58,058 nucleotides of DNA from a candidate division WOR-3 bacterium (GTDB lineage: Bacteria > Hydrothermota > Tepidihabitantia > SM23-42 > CAYGYG01): positions 1-58,058 of the forward strand of contig CBFGIV010000004.1 in assembly GCA_965648915.1 (NCBI GenBank). The letters are read 5' to 3'. Shown here in pieces: positions 57,597 to 58,058 of the stretch; position 1 is the first letter of the stretch, and the number at the start of each line of letters is the position of its first letter. A program made the translations under genes and the position numbers. The notes beneath the pieces were generated by a model. That model did no database searches. It was given only the letters and a program-made list of their open reading frames with translations, and was not told the DNA's origin.

Positions 57597-58058
57597 TCAC
57601 CTGAGCAGTACGAGTTTCCGATGAAGTATCCTATCCCGCCACTCCAGACGATAGAAGTAGACACCTGATGACAGGTCATAACCCTGACTGTCTCTACCAT
57701 CCCAGAGGATATGATAGATGCCAGGCCTGGCCTGACCACGGGTCAGTTCTCTAACCATTCGACCACAACTATTGTAAACTCTCAGATTGATATAACCCAT
57801 CTCCGGTATACCATATTCAATAACGGTTTTTGACCTGAAAGGGCTGCTCGCTTTAAGATATAAGTTTATTTTTTCAGCCATCGGTCTGGTTTCAGCACTC
57901 TGACCACCACCCCCTCCACCTTTACTTTTTGTAATATCGAATAGAGCAAACCCGCTCAGGATTGCTTCACCCTGACTGCCCACCTTTGCGACTTTTATTT
58001 TTAATTCACCATCAAAAAGACAGAATTGGGGAATTATTATCCGGTTGGTGACTCTTTT
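57597..58058 (-). CDS. 3' part of secreted protein with FlgD-Ig/T9SS-like CTD (runs off window)
   Basis: Frame open to window edge; GGGGGGQS linker, VYNSCGR..WDGRDSQG..LSSGVYF..RKLVLLR. Confidence 0.85.
   Translation of the reverse strand, partial: KRVTNRIIIPQFCLFDGELKIKVAKVGSQGEAILSGFALFDITKSKGGGGGGQSAETRPMAEKINLYLKASSPFRSKTVIEYGIPEMGYINLRVYNSCGRMVRELTRGQARPGIYHILWDGRDSQGYDLSSGVYFYRLEWRDRILHRKLVLLR

Overview
Gene-dense, AT-rich chromosomal segment of a diderm, probably anaerobic bacterium. The many secreted proteins with FlgD-Ig/T9SS-type-A-like C-terminal domains, plus lptCAB-rpoN and archaeal-type FBP aldolase/phosphatase and ApgM, suggest candidate phylum WOR-3 or another FCB-adjacent lineage (inference). 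Housekeeping content: DUF4390-ntrY-ntrX, mgtE, rmuC, addAB-like, glnS, Met gamma-lyase, fbp, glgA-galT, a double-parvulin chaperone, a GAF-GGDEF cyclase, lptCAB-rpoN, apgM, purH, an amrB-amrA fusion, an NrdG-like radical SAM protein, ornithine decarboxylase plus a deoxyhypusine-synthase-like gene, and clpC. I found no RNA genes, CRISPR array, transposase or integrase. Most notable: (1) a 1017-aa secreted protein with 13(+1) repeats whose framework is near-identical at DNA level, with two hypervariable, mosaic loops per repeat; (2) a Zn-ribbon Nudix hydrolase fused to a PanD domain with an intact Gly-Ser self-cleavage site but H11T/N72Y changes; (3) about ten near-consensus sigma70 promoters whose -10 box lies 5-9 nt before the start codon, suggesting pervasive leaderless mRNAs; (4) a sigma54 promoter with a candidate enhancer palindrome directly after ntrX; (5) three decayed genes missed or only partly shown by the ORF track (ddh, a GAF/msrC-like gene, a CTD protein).
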